Assembly: GCA_947499075.1 (NCBI GenBank)
Contig: CANMNA010000004.1
Span: 1-51,747 of the forward strand
DNA from: Myxococcales bacterium
GTDB lineage: Bacteria; Myxococcota_A; UBA9042
DNA length: 51,747 bases
Direction: 5' to 3'
This document shows positions 26,746-38,751 of this stretch, piece by piece (the first letter of the stretch is position 1; every line of letters starts with the position of its first letter). A program made the position numbers and the translations under genes. Below the pieces are notes generated by a model. The model worked only from the letters and a program-made list of their open reading frames with translations. It made no database searches and was not told the DNA's origin.

Positions 26746-26895
26746 CCCAAATTCCCCACAGAAATCTCCCGCGGCCCCCGATTTGAGATGCAGATCAAGG
26801 AACAAGGAGCTCAAAGAGCGAGGCGTACTCTGGTACGCCGCAGCGAGAGAAGCGACGCAGTGACGCAGAGATGCGCTCAAAGCGGGGGATCGCGG
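26746..26895 (-). repeat. Dispersed ~150-bp hairpin element, copy 4 (inverted orientation)
   Basis: Its reverse complement matches copies 1-3. Confidence 0.95.
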
Positions 26896-26908
26896 GCCCG
26901 ACCGGGGC

Positions 26909-26936
26909 TTGACGCTGTCGTTTTTCTCCGTATCCT
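26909..26936 (+). promoter_or_regulatory. Putative sigma70-type promoter of tRNA-Cys (and possibly the rimP-nusA-infB operon)
   Basis: TTGACG-16 bp-TATCCT followed by a GC-rich discriminator. Confidence 0.55.
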
Positions 26937-26976
26937 ACCGCCGCCCGACGGGACTTCCTGTTGGGTTGGCAGAAAT

Positions 26977-27050
26977 GGCGGCATAGCCAAGCGGTAAGGC
27001 AGAGGACTGCAAATCCTCCATCCCCGGTTCGATCCCGGGTGCCGCCTCCA
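26977..27050 (+). tRNA. tRNA-Cys (anticodon GCA); CCA encoded
   Basis: GGCGGCA/TGCCGCC acceptor; GAGGA-CT GCA AA-TCCTC; GGTTCGATCC; ends TCCA. Confidence 0.97.
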
Positions 27051-27312
27051 CTCTGCAGCGTCCTTGGTCTGGGCCATCGCCCCTTTGCGTTGCTTGTTTC
27101 GAGCAAGCCGCTTTGTGGGTTGAGGCATCGCCAGCATCGACGCGAGCGCGGGCTCCGGCCTGCTGCTTTTCGCTAGCCCACGCTACTGCACTGGGGTCAG
27201 GCGATTGCGCAGCGGATTGGCGGATGCCGCGGAGCCATCAGGAACAACCTGCAAACTCCCGGTGTCTGCCGCGGGAACCGCTGGTCAGCAGCAAGCGTCT
27301 GCCTCGGCAAGC

Positions 27313-27379
27313 GCCTGCCCGGCAGTGGCCTGCCCGGCAGTGGCCTGCCCGGCAGTGGCCTGCCCGGCAGTGGCCTGCC
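27313..27379 (+). repeat. Tandem repeat, 15 bp x4.5 (GCCTGCCCGGCAGTG); each unit contains the palindrome CTGCC-C-GGCAG
   Basis: Read directly; intergenic between tRNA-Cys and rimP. Confidence 0.95.
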
Positions 27380-27465
27380 AGCGTGAGCGACACGATGTCG
27401 TTGTGCGCCTGTGCAGCACTGGGCTCCACGCGCGTCGCGCAGGCATCTGAACTGAGGACCTCTCT

Positions 27466-28179
27466 GTGTCGACCAAGCACCCACATGCAGCACGCAAGTC
27501 CAGACCAGGCGAAGCTGCGGCGTCTGCGAAGCCGGTGGGGCGCAAGACGGCGCCAGAAGTAGCCCAGCAAGGCACAGTGCACGATCCGTTGGAAGCTGCA
27601 GCGGCCATCGCACGGGCAGCGGCGGCGATCACGGTGGTGCGCGAGCTCGATCTGGTGGGATGCACCGTCAAGCCGGTGGGTGCCGATTGGCACATCGAGC
27701 TGCTCGTCGATCGGATGCCAGGCCGCGGCGGCATCACGCTGGACGAGTGCGCCGAAGTCTCGCGCGCGCTGAGCGCCCAAATTGATGCGCCACCTGCCCT
27801 GCTAGGTAATTACGAGCTCGATGTTGGCAGCCCAGGCAGCGAGCGACCGTTGCGCCATGGCGCGGACATGGCGCGGTTCATCGGTACCAACGCCAAGTTT
27901 GCGCTGGTCGTCGACGGCGAACGCGAAACCGTGATCGGCGAGATCGCGGCAATTTCCGCCACGGCTAGCGGCGAGGTCGTCCACGTCAGGACCGGCAAAG
28001 CCAATGCCAAAAAGGGCCTAACTGGCGTGCGCGAGATCGCGCTGAGCACGCTGACTGCGGCGCACTTGGCGCCGACTTTTGAGCAGTGGCTGGCGATCGG
28101 CAAGCGCCTCGCCGCGGAGTGCCCAGTCGTGCAGGACGATTCGGACCTCATAGACACGGATATCCCTCAACAATCGTGA
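27466..28179 (+). CDS. rimP: Ribosome maturation factor RimP
   Basis: GITLDECAEVSRALS, YELDVGSPGSERPL; immediately upstream of nusA. Confidence 0.88.
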   Translation: MSTKHPHAARKSRPGEAAASAKPVGRKTAPEVAQQGTVHDPLEAAAAIARAAAAITVVRELDLVGCTVKPVGADWHIELLVDRMPGRGGITLDECAEVSRALSAQIDAPPALLGNYELDVGSPGSERPLRHGADMARFIGTNAKFALVVDGERETVIGEIAAISATASGEVVHVRTGKANAKKGLTGVREIALSTLTAAHLAPTFEQWLAIGKRLAAECPVVQDDSDLIDTDIPQQS

Positions 28180-28215
28180 CATTTTCCATTTGCATCGCGT
28201 ACCAAGGAGTTCTCC

Positions 28216-29742
28216 ATGATCGGCAATCTCAATCAAATCATTGATCAAGTCTCGAAAGAAAAGAGCATCGACCGTTCGATCCTCGTCGAGGCACTCGAGC
28301 AGGCGATCGTGTCTGCCGCGCGCAAAGTGTTCGGTCAGGGCCGCGAGCTTGAGCCCAAGTACAACGAGGACGACGGCCAAGTCGAGCTCATGCTGTACAT
28401 GAAGGTCGTCGCCGACGAAGAGTTGATGGACTACGAGAAGCAGCTGCCAATGTCGACCGCCCAAGCCATCGATGGCGAAGTCCAGCCTGGCGACGATCTC
28501 GGTTTTCAGGTTTTCTACCTCGACCGCGATCGCGCTCGGGCCGAAGAAGAAGATCGCAAGTACGGCGACGTCTTGGGCATCCGCACCGCCCGTCAGCAGT
28601 TCGGCCGCATTGCCGCCATGACTGCCAAGCAGGTGATCATGCAGCGGGTGCGCGATGCCGAGCGCGACGTGGTGTTCAACGAGTACAAGGATCGCAAGGG
28701 CGAGTTGGTCACGGGCATTGTCCGGCGTTTTGAGCGCGGCAACGTCATCGTCGACCTCGGACGCGCCGAAGCCGTGCTGCCAGTGCGCGAGCAGATGTTT
28801 CGCGAGTCCTACCGGGCAGGCGATCGGGTCCAGGCCTACGTCAAGGACATCAAGCGCGAGGCACGCGGGCCGCAGATCATCTTGTCGCGCACCGACGATC
28901 GCCTCATTGAGAAGCTGTTTGAGCTGGAAGTCCCAGAGATCTACGAGGGCATCGTCAAGATCATGCGGGTCGCCCGCGAGCCGGGAGAGCGTGCCAAGAT
29001 CGCGGTGGCGAGCAAGGACAGCGACGTCGATCCGGTGGGCGCGTGCGTCGGCATGAAGGGATCGCGTGTCCAAGCGGTGGTTTCGGAACTGAAAGGCGAA
29101 AAAATCGACATCGTGCCGTGGAGCCCCGACACCGCCAAGTTCGTCTGCAACGCCATTCAGCCCGCCGAAGTGAGCCGGGTGCTGATCGACGAGGACAACC
29201 AGACGATCGAATTGATCGTGCCTGACGATCAGCTCAGCCTGGCGATTGGCCGGCGGGGGCAAAACGTGCGGTTGGCCTCCAAGTTGGTCGGCTGGAAAAT
29301 CGACATCCAGAGTGAATCCAAGATCAACGAGATGAAGAACATGCTCGGCGAGGCCCTCAAGGTCGTGCCCGATCTGGACGAAACGGTCATCTCGTACTTG
29401 TTCAAGCTGGGCTACCACAGCCCAGAGAACTTGCTCAACGCCCATGTAGAGGACCTCGCGGCGATCCATGGCATCAACGAAGATCGGGCGATGCACATCC
29501 AGCAAATCGCGCACGAGGTGAAAAAGCGTCGCGACGAGGAGCAGCGCGCGGCCAAAGAGCGCATGATCGCCGACAACGCCGCCGCAGCGGCCCGTGCCGA
29601 AGCCGAAGCGCTGGCAGGTCCAGCGCCCGCCGAGGAGAGCAGCGAGCCTGAAGCGACGAGCGAGCATGCTGAGGATGCGCCGGCAGATGGTGAAGCTCCG
29701 GCCGCCGCTGCCGATGTGGATACCGCTGCGGCGGTCGTGTAG
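28216..29742 (+). CDS. nusA: Transcription termination/antitermination factor NusA
   Basis: [16 protein letters not shown]1 and KH domains, [27 protein letters not shown]. Confidence 0.97.
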   Translation: MIGNLNQIIDQVSKEKSIDRSILVEALEQAIVSAARKVFGQGRELEPKYNEDDGQVELMLYMKVVADEELMDYEKQLPMSTAQAIDGEVQPGDDLGFQVFYLDRDRARAEEEDRKYGDVLGIRTARQQFGRIAAMTAKQVIMQRVRDAERDVVFNEYKDRKGELVTGIVRRFERGNVIVDLGRAEAVLPVREQMFRESYRAGDRVQAYVKDIKREARGPQIILSRTDDRLIEKLFELEVPEIYEGIVKIMRVAREPGERAKIAVASKDSDVDPVGACVGMKGSRVQAVVSELKGEKIDIVPWSPDTAKFVCNAIQPAEVSRVLIDEDNQTIELIVPDDQLSLAIGRRGQNVRLASKLVGWKIDIQSESKINEMKNMLGEALKVVPDLDETVISYLFKLGYHSPENLLNAHVEDLAAIHGINEDRAMHIQQIAHEVKKRRDEEQRAAKERMIADNAAAAARAEAEALAGPAPAEESSEPEATSEHAEDAPADGEAPAAAADVDTAAAVV

Positions 29743-29754
29743 GCCCAACCAGCG

Positions 29755-30392
29755 ATGCCCAATGAACCTGCGGGCGCGGCCCCGGCGCGCAGTTGCGCGA
29801 TCTGTCGTCGACGCGCGCCACTGGTACAGCTGCTTGCGCTATCGGCGCACGGCGGGCTGTGGCATTTGGTCCGCATCGGCGGGCGGGCAGTCTCTGTCGC
29901 TATTGCGCAGCCTGTGCTTGCCAGTGCGCGCGAATCCAGCGACAATGCTGCCCCCTGCGGCGACTCGGCAATGTCCGGTGGCGCCGTGGGCAGTGTCAGT
30001 TCGGCCCAAAACCATCCGTTCAATTCGGTAGTTGAAGGTCAAGCTGGACCAGCGCGGCTCGGCAAGCGCCAGTACGTCTGCCCGTCAGGGCGATGCCTGG
30101 CCAACTGGGCAAGGCGCCTCGGGCAGGCTGCAAGCGCCGCGGAAGCGGTGGTGCAGACGGGCCTGAAGCTGATCGCAGACATCGCAGCGCTTCGGCGAGC
30201 GGGTCTGCGCCGGCGGCGTTGCGAAGCTGCGGGCGACGAGCTCCTCGTCTCCTTGCAGGCAGTACAGGATCAGTTGCTCGCCAACTGGTCTGGTCGAACC
30301 GGCAGTTTGTCGGCACAGGAGCAACGATCGGCAGCGCGGCCCAGGGCCCATGCCGCCGATCGCAGGCGTGACCCAAAGGGTGCGCGGGAGTG

Positions 30393-30393
<1 letters not shown>
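29755..30393 (+). CDS. Divergent YlxR/DUF448-like protein with insertion
   Basis: RSCAICR...LL.L and GKRQYVC....C resemble YlxR RxCxxC / GRGAYxC; syntenic position between nusA and infB. Confidence 0.55.
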
Positions 30394-33602
<3,209 letters not shown>

Positions 33603-33668
33603 CTGGTCACGTTTTATCCATCGTAGATGCCGCGCGAACTGAGCGGCGTCTAGCCTGAGACCGCCACG

Positions 33669-34073
33669 ATGCGACGTCAGCCCAGCTTCACCCGTGCCGG
33701 TCGCATGGAGCACCTGATGCTCGACGAGGTCGAGCGTCTGCTGAATTACGAGATCCGCAGCCAGTTGGCCCAGCAGATCAAGGTCACCGGCGGTCGGTTG
33801 TCGGCAGACCTGGGCCACTTGCGCGTGCAGTTCGTGCTGCAGCAGGGCGGCGAGCCCGGCAAGGCGTACCAAGAGCTGTTTGAGCGCGTGGGCCCCTTCT
33901 TGTCGCGCACACTGCAGGAAACCCTGCAGCTGCGCGGGCGGCCGCAAGTGGCGTTTCATTTCGACCGCGACGCCATTCAGATGGAGCGCATCCGCGTGTT
34001 GCTTTCCGCCGAGAAGGCTGACGCCGCCGCTGCCGAGCCTGAACCGGCAGAGGATGCCCCGACTGACGACTAG
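33669..34073 (+). CDS. rbfA: 30S ribosome-binding factor RbfA (divergent)
   Basis: R..RM, LSADL, L.LR..P...F..D; lies between infB and truB. Confidence 0.82.
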   Translation: MRRQPSFTRAGRMEHLMLDEVERLLNYEIRSQLAQQIKVTGGRLSADLGHLRVQFVLQQGGEPGKAYQELFERVGPFLSRTLQETLQLRGRPQVAFHFDRDAIQMERIRVLLSAEKADAAAAEPEPAEDAPTDD

Positions 34074-34980
34074 CGATCCTGAACTCACCGGCGTTTTGGT
34101 CATCGACAAGCCGCTGGGATGCACCAGCCGCGCTGTCGTCAACCGCATCAACCGCTGGCTTGGCGTGCGCTCGGCTGGCCATGCCGGCACGCTCGATCCC
34201 CAAGCCAGCGGCATTCTCGTGGTCGCGGTCGGCGAGGCGACCAAGCTGATTCGCTGGCTGCAGGACGCAGCCAAGACCTACGAGGTCACGATCGCGCTGG
34301 GTGCTGCGACGGTGAGCGATGATGCAGCAAGCGCGATCGTGGCGACGGCGCCCGTGCCCGACAGCCTGTCGCTGGCGCAGATTCAAGCGATCTTGGACAG
34401 CTGGCAGGGCGCTATGGCCCAAGTGCCGCCGCAAGTCAGCGCGCTGCAGCAAGATGGTGTGCGCGATCATCAGCGGGTGCGGCGCGGCGAGACCGTGGAT
34501 CGCGCCCCGCGGCAGGTCATGCTGCACCGAGCTCGGGTGATGGATCTGGATGGTCCTGCGCTGCAACTGGAAGTGACATGTGGCTCGGGCTTCTACGTAC
34601 GCGCGTTGGCGCGTGACCTCGCGCTGGCCTTGGGGACGCTGGGTCATGTCGTGGCGCTGCGGCGGACAGCCGGCTCTGGGTTTGCGTTGCCCGATGCGCT
34701 GGCACTCGAGGCGCTGATCCAGCAGCCGTGCGCGGCCTTTGCGGATCTGGCGCTGGACCTGCGCACAGCCATCGGACGACTCCTGCCCGCATTGCAGGTT
34801 GACCCACAGACTGCGCTGATGCTGCGGCAGGGCAAGACGCCTTCAGTGGCGCATGCCGTATCGGGGCTTGCGGTTGCCGTTGTCGATCAGGAGCTGGTGG
34901 CGATTGTAGATGTCGCCGATGGCCAGGCAACCGTGGTGCGCGGGTTTGCGCACACGGCGGTGCGGGTCGAGCCCAAATAG
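34054..34980 (+). CDS. truB: tRNA pseudouridine(55) synthase TruB
   Basis: GVLVIDKP, GHAGTLDPQASG, QVPP..SA, CGSGFYVRALARDL, LRRT. Confidence 0.95.
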   Translation: MPRLTTSDPELTGVLVIDKPLGCTSRAVVNRINRWLGVRSAGHAGTLDPQASGILVVAVGEATKLIRWLQDAAKTYEVTIALGAATVSDDAASAIVATAPVPDSLSLAQIQAILDSWQGAMAQVPPQVSALQQDGVRDHQRVRRGETVDRAPRQVMLHRARVMDLDGPALQLEVTCGSGFYVRALARDLALALGTLGHVVALRRTAGSGFALPDALALEALIQQPCAAFADLALDLRTAIGRLLPALQVDPQTALMLRQGKTPSVAHAVSGLAVAVVDQELVAIVDVADGQATVVRGFAHTAVRVEPK

Positions 34981-34992
34981 CCGAATTTTCTG

Positions 34993-35021
34993 TTGACATG
35001 TGGACCAGAGGCCTTTAACAT
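34993..35021 (+). promoter_or_regulatory. Putative sigma70 promoter of rpsO-pnp
   Basis: TTGACA-17 bp-TAACAT. Confidence 0.65.
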
Positions 35022-35185
35022 GCCGCGCCTTAGCAGGACACCCCGAAGACGCGGTGTCCGGGGGAATTCACGGCAGAAGGCTTCTTCGCAGCGCAATTTC
35101 GCCCCTCTTTACCACCGCAAATCGCCGCCCGGCCTGCCCGCATAGCGCGACGCCCGCCGACCGCCGCAACAAGGACAGCAAGACA

Positions 35186-35455
35186 ATGGCGCTTCTCGCA
35201 TTCCAAAAAGCCGCAATCGTGCAGGCCAATGGCACGCATCCGGCAGACACGGGCTCGCCCGAGGTTCAAATCGGTCTGTTGACCGAGCGGATCACCTACC
35301 TGACTGAGCACTTCAAGGTTAACCCCAAAGACCACCACAGCCGGCGCGGCTTGCTGCGCCTAGTGAGTCAACGCCGCGGCTTGCTCGACTACGTGCACCG
35401 CTGCGATGTCGTGCGGTACAAGGCGATCCTGGTCAAGTTCGACCTGCGCAAGTAG
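35186..35455 (+). CDS. rpsO: 30S ribosomal protein S15
   Basis: DTGSPEVQIGLLTERI..LTEH...KDHHSRRGLL; 89 aa; AAGGA upstream. Confidence 0.97.
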   Translation: MALLAFQKAAIVQANGTHPADTGSPEVQIGLLTERITYLTEHFKVNPKDHHSRRGLLRLVSQRRGLLDYVHRCDVVRYKAILVKFDLRK

Positions 35456-35518
35456 CTATCTGCCCACGGTCGTCGCGCCTGCCGCTCTGTCACGTTGGCA
35501 GATGCATGGGCAACACGA

Positions 35519-35635
35519 TTGGCACGGCTGTAGCTCGGGCTCGCCAGCGCCAACTCTCCCTTCGTGACACGGTGCACGCATCTGCAAAGGTGGGTGTGCA
35601 TCGACCCGCAAGGGATCCCGCGCTGGACGTGCCAA
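35519..35635 (+). promoter_or_regulatory. Long irregular stem-loop in the pnp leader (candidate RNase III/autoregulatory site)
   Basis: Nested pairs TTGGCACG/CGTGCCAA, CCAGCGC/GCGCTGG, TCCCTT/AAGGGA, GGTGCACGC/GTGTGCATC. Confidence 0.5.
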
Positions 35636-35731
35636 GTCGCCGTCCGCCACCTCTCTTTGTAGTGCGTCACCATCAACGGGCGAGATCCGCCCATCGCTCG
35701 GCCACGACGGCCGGGCAACTGAGAATTCGAA

Positions 35732-38017
35732 ATGAGCCTTTTTCCTAATCATCTCAAGACTGACATCCAAATCGGCGACAAGACCATGACGCTGGACACC
35801 GGCAAGGTGGCCAAGCAAGCCAATGGTTCTGTGCTGATCAGCATGGGCGACACCTCGGTGCTGTGCACGGCAGTGTCGACGTTGACCAACAAAGTGGGCG
35901 CCCAGTTCTTTCCGCTGTCCTGCGACTACGTCGAAAAGATGTACGCGGCCGGCCGGGTTCCGGGCAGCTATTTCCGCCGTGAGGCGCGCCAAGGCGAGCA
36001 CGAAATTCTGGCCAGCCGCATCATCGATCGGCCGTGCCGTCCGCTGTTTCCAGAGGGCTTCCAAGCGGAGACCCAAGTCAACGCACTGGTGTTGTCGTAC
36101 GACAAGATCAACGACTCCGTTGTGTTGGCGGTCAACGGCTGCTCGGCAGCTTTGGCCATCTCGGACATTCCGTGGGCAGGCCCCATCGCTGCGGCCCGGG
36201 TCGGTCACGTCAATGGCCAACTGGTGTGCAACCCGACCAAGGCTGAGCGCGCAGAGTCCGATCTCGACCTGTTCATCGTGGTCGGCCCCAGCGGCATCGT
36301 GATGGTCGAGGCTGGCGCCAACTTCGTGTCTGAGACCCTGATGATCGAGGCCCTGCTGTTCGGCGAGGCCCAGCTCAAGCCCGTGGTGCAAGCGATCACC
36401 GACTTGGCCGCCAAGATTGGCAAGCCCAAGTACACGTTCGTGTCACCGACGCAGGATCCTGAGCTGGTCGCCGCGTGCCGTGCAGTGGCCTATGAAGAGA
36501 CCAAGGCGTCGATCGCGATTCGCGCCAAGCAGGAGCGCTATGCAGCGGCCAGCTTGGTCAAGAAGCACGCCGTTAGCGCGCTCATCGGGCGCTTCCCGGG
36601 CCAGGAAGAAGCGATCAAGGAGATCGTCTCCAGCTTCAAAGATGAGATCTGCCGCAAGCAGATCGCGTTCGACCGCATTCGGCTCGATGGCCGGGCCTTG
36701 GATCAGGTCCGCGAGATCGAGATCGAGGTCGGCTCGCTCAAGCGCGCCCACGGCTCGGCGCTGTTCACCCGCGGTGAGACCCAAGGTCTGGTCGCTGTGA
36801 CGCTGGGTACTGGCCACGATGCGCAGAAAGTCGAGACCATGGACGCCCGCGACACTGAGCGCAAGTTCATGCTCCACTACAACTTTCCGTCTTTCTCCAC
36901 CGGCGAAGTCAAGCCAAATCGTGGTCCAGGTCGCCGCGAAATCGGACACGGCAACCTCGCTCAACGCGGCATCGCGCCGGCGTTGCCTTCGTTTGAGATG
37001 TTCCCCTACGTCATCCGCTCCGTCAGCGAGATCTTGGAGTCTAACGGTTCGTCGTCGATGGCGACCGTTTGCGGCACCTCGCTGGCGCTGATGGACGCCG
37101 GTGTGCCGATCTCAAGCGCCGTGGCCGGCGTCGCGATGGGCTTGGTCAAGGAAGGCGACGCCATCGGCGTGCTGACCGACATCTTGGGCGACGAGGATCA
37201 CTTCGGCGACATGGACTTCAAGGTCATTGGCAACCGTCAGGGCATCAGCGCGCTGCAGATGGACATCAAGATCGATGGCCTCGATCGCGCAGTGCTCGAA
37301 ACCGCGCTGGCTCAGGCCCGCGAAGGCCGGCTGCATATCTTGGGCGAGATGGACAAGGTCATCTCCCGCGAGCGCGCCGAGCTTTCGCCGTTTGCGCCGC
37401 GCATCTACACCATCCTCATCAACCCTGAGCGCATCAAGGACCTCATCGGCCCGGGCGGCAAGCACATCAAGGCCATTCAGGCCTCGACCGGCGTACAGAT
37501 CGACATCGAAGAAGACGGCACCGTGCGCGTGGGCGCCGTGGACGCCGACATCGCCGAGAGGGCCATCGAGATGATTCGGGCGCATACGTCCGAAGCCGAG
37601 ATTGGCAGGGACTACGAAGGCGAAGTGGTGCGCATCGTCGACTTTGGCGCCTTCGTGCGGATCATGCCGGGTACCGATGGCCTGGTGCACATCTCCGAGC
37701 TGGCCGAGGGCCACGTGCCGAGCGTGTCGGCGGTTTGCAAACTGGGCGACAAGCTCAAGGTCCGCGTCGTTGCGGTCGACCGCGGCAAGGTCCGCTTGTC
37801 GCACCGCGAAGCGATGGGCGAGAACGCGCCCAAGTTCGAAGGCCGCGCCGGGCCCCGCGAAGGTGGCGAGGCACCGCGCGAGCCGCGTCGCGATGACCGC
37901 CGCGACGACCGCCGCGATCGCGGCCCAGCCCGTGGCTCCGACGGTGGTGGCCGCGGCGAGCGCAATCCGGCTGCCGAGGCCCGCCGCAACGATCGCGGCG
38001 AGCGTCCTGCGACCTAG
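35732..38017 (+). CDS. pnp: Polyribonucleotide nucleotidyltransferase (PNPase)
   Basis: FFPL, SRIIDRP.RPLF, HGSALFTRGETQ, RREIGHG, SNGSSSMA, DMDFKV, KH and S1 domains, Arg/Asp/Gly tail. Confidence 0.98.
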   Translation: MSLFPNHLKTDIQIGDKTMTLDTGKVAKQANGSVLISMGDTSVLCTAVSTLTNKVGAQFFPLSCDYVEKMYAAGRVPGSYFRREARQGEHEILASRIIDRPCRPLFPEGFQAETQVNALVLSYDKINDSVVLAVNGCSAALAISDIPWAGPIAAARVGHVNGQLVCNPTKAERAESDLDLFIVVGPSGIVMVEAGANFVSETLMIEALLFGEAQLKPVVQAITDLAAKIGKPKYTFVSPTQDPELVAACRAVAYEETKASIAIRAKQERYAAASLVKKHAVSALIGRFPGQEEAIKEIVSSFKDEICRKQIAFDRIRLDGRALDQVREIEIEVGSLKRAHGSALFTRGETQGLVAVTLGTGHDAQKVETMDARDTERKFMLHYNFPSFSTGEVKPNRGPGRREIGHGNLAQRGIAPALPSFEMFPYVIRSVSEILESNGSSSMATVCGTSLALMDAGVPISSAVAGVAMGLVKEGDAIGVLTDILGDEDHFGDMDFKVIGNRQGISALQMDIKIDGLDRAVLETALAQAREGRLHILGEMDKVISRERAELSPFAPRIYTILINPERIKDLIGPGGKHIKAIQASTGVQIDIEEDGTVRVGAVDADIAERAIEMIRAHTSEAEIGRDYEGEVVRIVDFGAFVRIMPGTDGLVHISELAEGHVPSVSAVCKLGDKLKVRVVAVDRGKVRLSHREAMGENAPKFEGRAGPREGGEAPREPRRDDRRDDRRDRGPARGSDGGGRGERNPAAEARRNDRGERPAT

Positions 38018-38074
38018 TACCATAGATCCCAAATTCGCGTTGGGTTACCAACGCGAATTTGGAGCCTGGTACTG
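38015..38074. repeat. Palindromic unit A (AGTAC-ended); may also act as the pnp 3' hairpin
   Basis: AGTACCA/TGGTACT outer IR and a perfect 15-bp IR CCAAATTCGCGTTGG-GTTA-CCAACGCGAATTTGG; the pnp TAG stop forms its left end. Confidence 0.85.
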
Positions 38075-38144
38075 GAGGCTGCGGATGCGGCCGACCGCGG
38101 GAGTCGCAGGGGGCGGCGCGCCCCCTTCTCCAAACGAAACAACC

Positions 38145-38202
38145 TAGTACGGCGACGGAAAAACTCCGCCATCCCAACGCGAACTTGGGAGTCGCCGTAC
38201 GA
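38145..38202. repeat. Palindromic unit B (GTAC-ended)
   Basis: GTACGGCGAC/GTCGCCGTAC 10-bp IR; internal CCAACGCGAACTTGG matches the unit A arm at 14/15. Confidence 0.8.
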
Positions 38203-38331
38203 GTACTCCGTTACAGGGATTTCGATCAGTTGACTGTCTCCGTTGCATGGACCTCTCTGGCGGGCGGGCGCGGAGGCCCGCCCCTACCCGGACCATGGCA
38301 ACCGGTCAAAACCGGTGAAACGAGGTACTAG
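38202..38331. repeat. Palindromic unit C (AGTAC-ended) with a GTAG-type REP hairpin at its apex (38262-38287, minus strand)
   Basis: AGTACTCCGTTACA / TGAAACGAGGTACT imperfect IR (11/14); minus strand reads GTAG-GGGCGGGC-CTCCGC-GCCCGCCC. Confidence 0.7.
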
Positions 38332-38494
38332 TCACTAGCGAAATGGCGATGGGCGGGTCCGTGCGCAGCAGTTGGCGCCGGACCCAGCCGATTAAACAGG
38401 TCGCCGCGCACCCGTCCGATGTAGAGACCGAAGACAGGGCGGTCGCAAGATCGGCAAGCCCCTGATTTTGCGGCTATTCTAGCGATAGCCCTGA

Positions 38495-38736
38495 GAGGGT
38501 GTGTGCGATTGTGTCAACTGAAACCCGCAGCGTTGATGACGGCTTGGGACGCCGTCGCATTGAATTGCGCGGCTACAGGCTACAGGTGACGGCGCCCGCC
38601 TGCGCGGGTGCCCAGCCGGGTGTCGGCGTAGGCCGACACCGTTACCTGTAGCCGCAGAATTTATTCTGACGGTGAAAATGTGAATGTCTTCGGTCTTCGC
38701 GAGCCCCGCGTAGGCGGCCTTTTCGAATACACCCTC
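38495..38736. mobile_element. Putative non-autonomous MITE (242 bp), IS5/IS1031-like ends
   Basis: TIRs GAGGGTGTGTGCGA / reverse complement GAGGGTGTATTCGA (12/14) flanked by a TGA direct repeat (38492-94, 38737-39); internal hairpin GCTACAGGTGACGG/CCGTTACCTGTAGC; no credible ORF. Confidence 0.6.
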
Positions 38737-38751
38737 TGAGACCGAAGTCCT

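Noticed and set aside
6810-26895. Dispersed element read as integron attC sites
   Set aside because: No RYYYAAC/GTTRRRY core boxes, mixed orientation relative to genes, housekeeping neighbours and no integrase.
5250-27050. tRNA-anchored genomic island or prophage
   Set aside because: I saw no integrase, no duplicated tRNA 3' end and no obvious compositional shift.
38330-38750. RNase P RNA, tmRNA or self-splicing intron
   Set aside because: I found no GAGGAAAGTCC / RNase P 3' motif, no tRNA-like ends with a tag ORF, and no recognisable intron domain V or P7 motifs on either strand.
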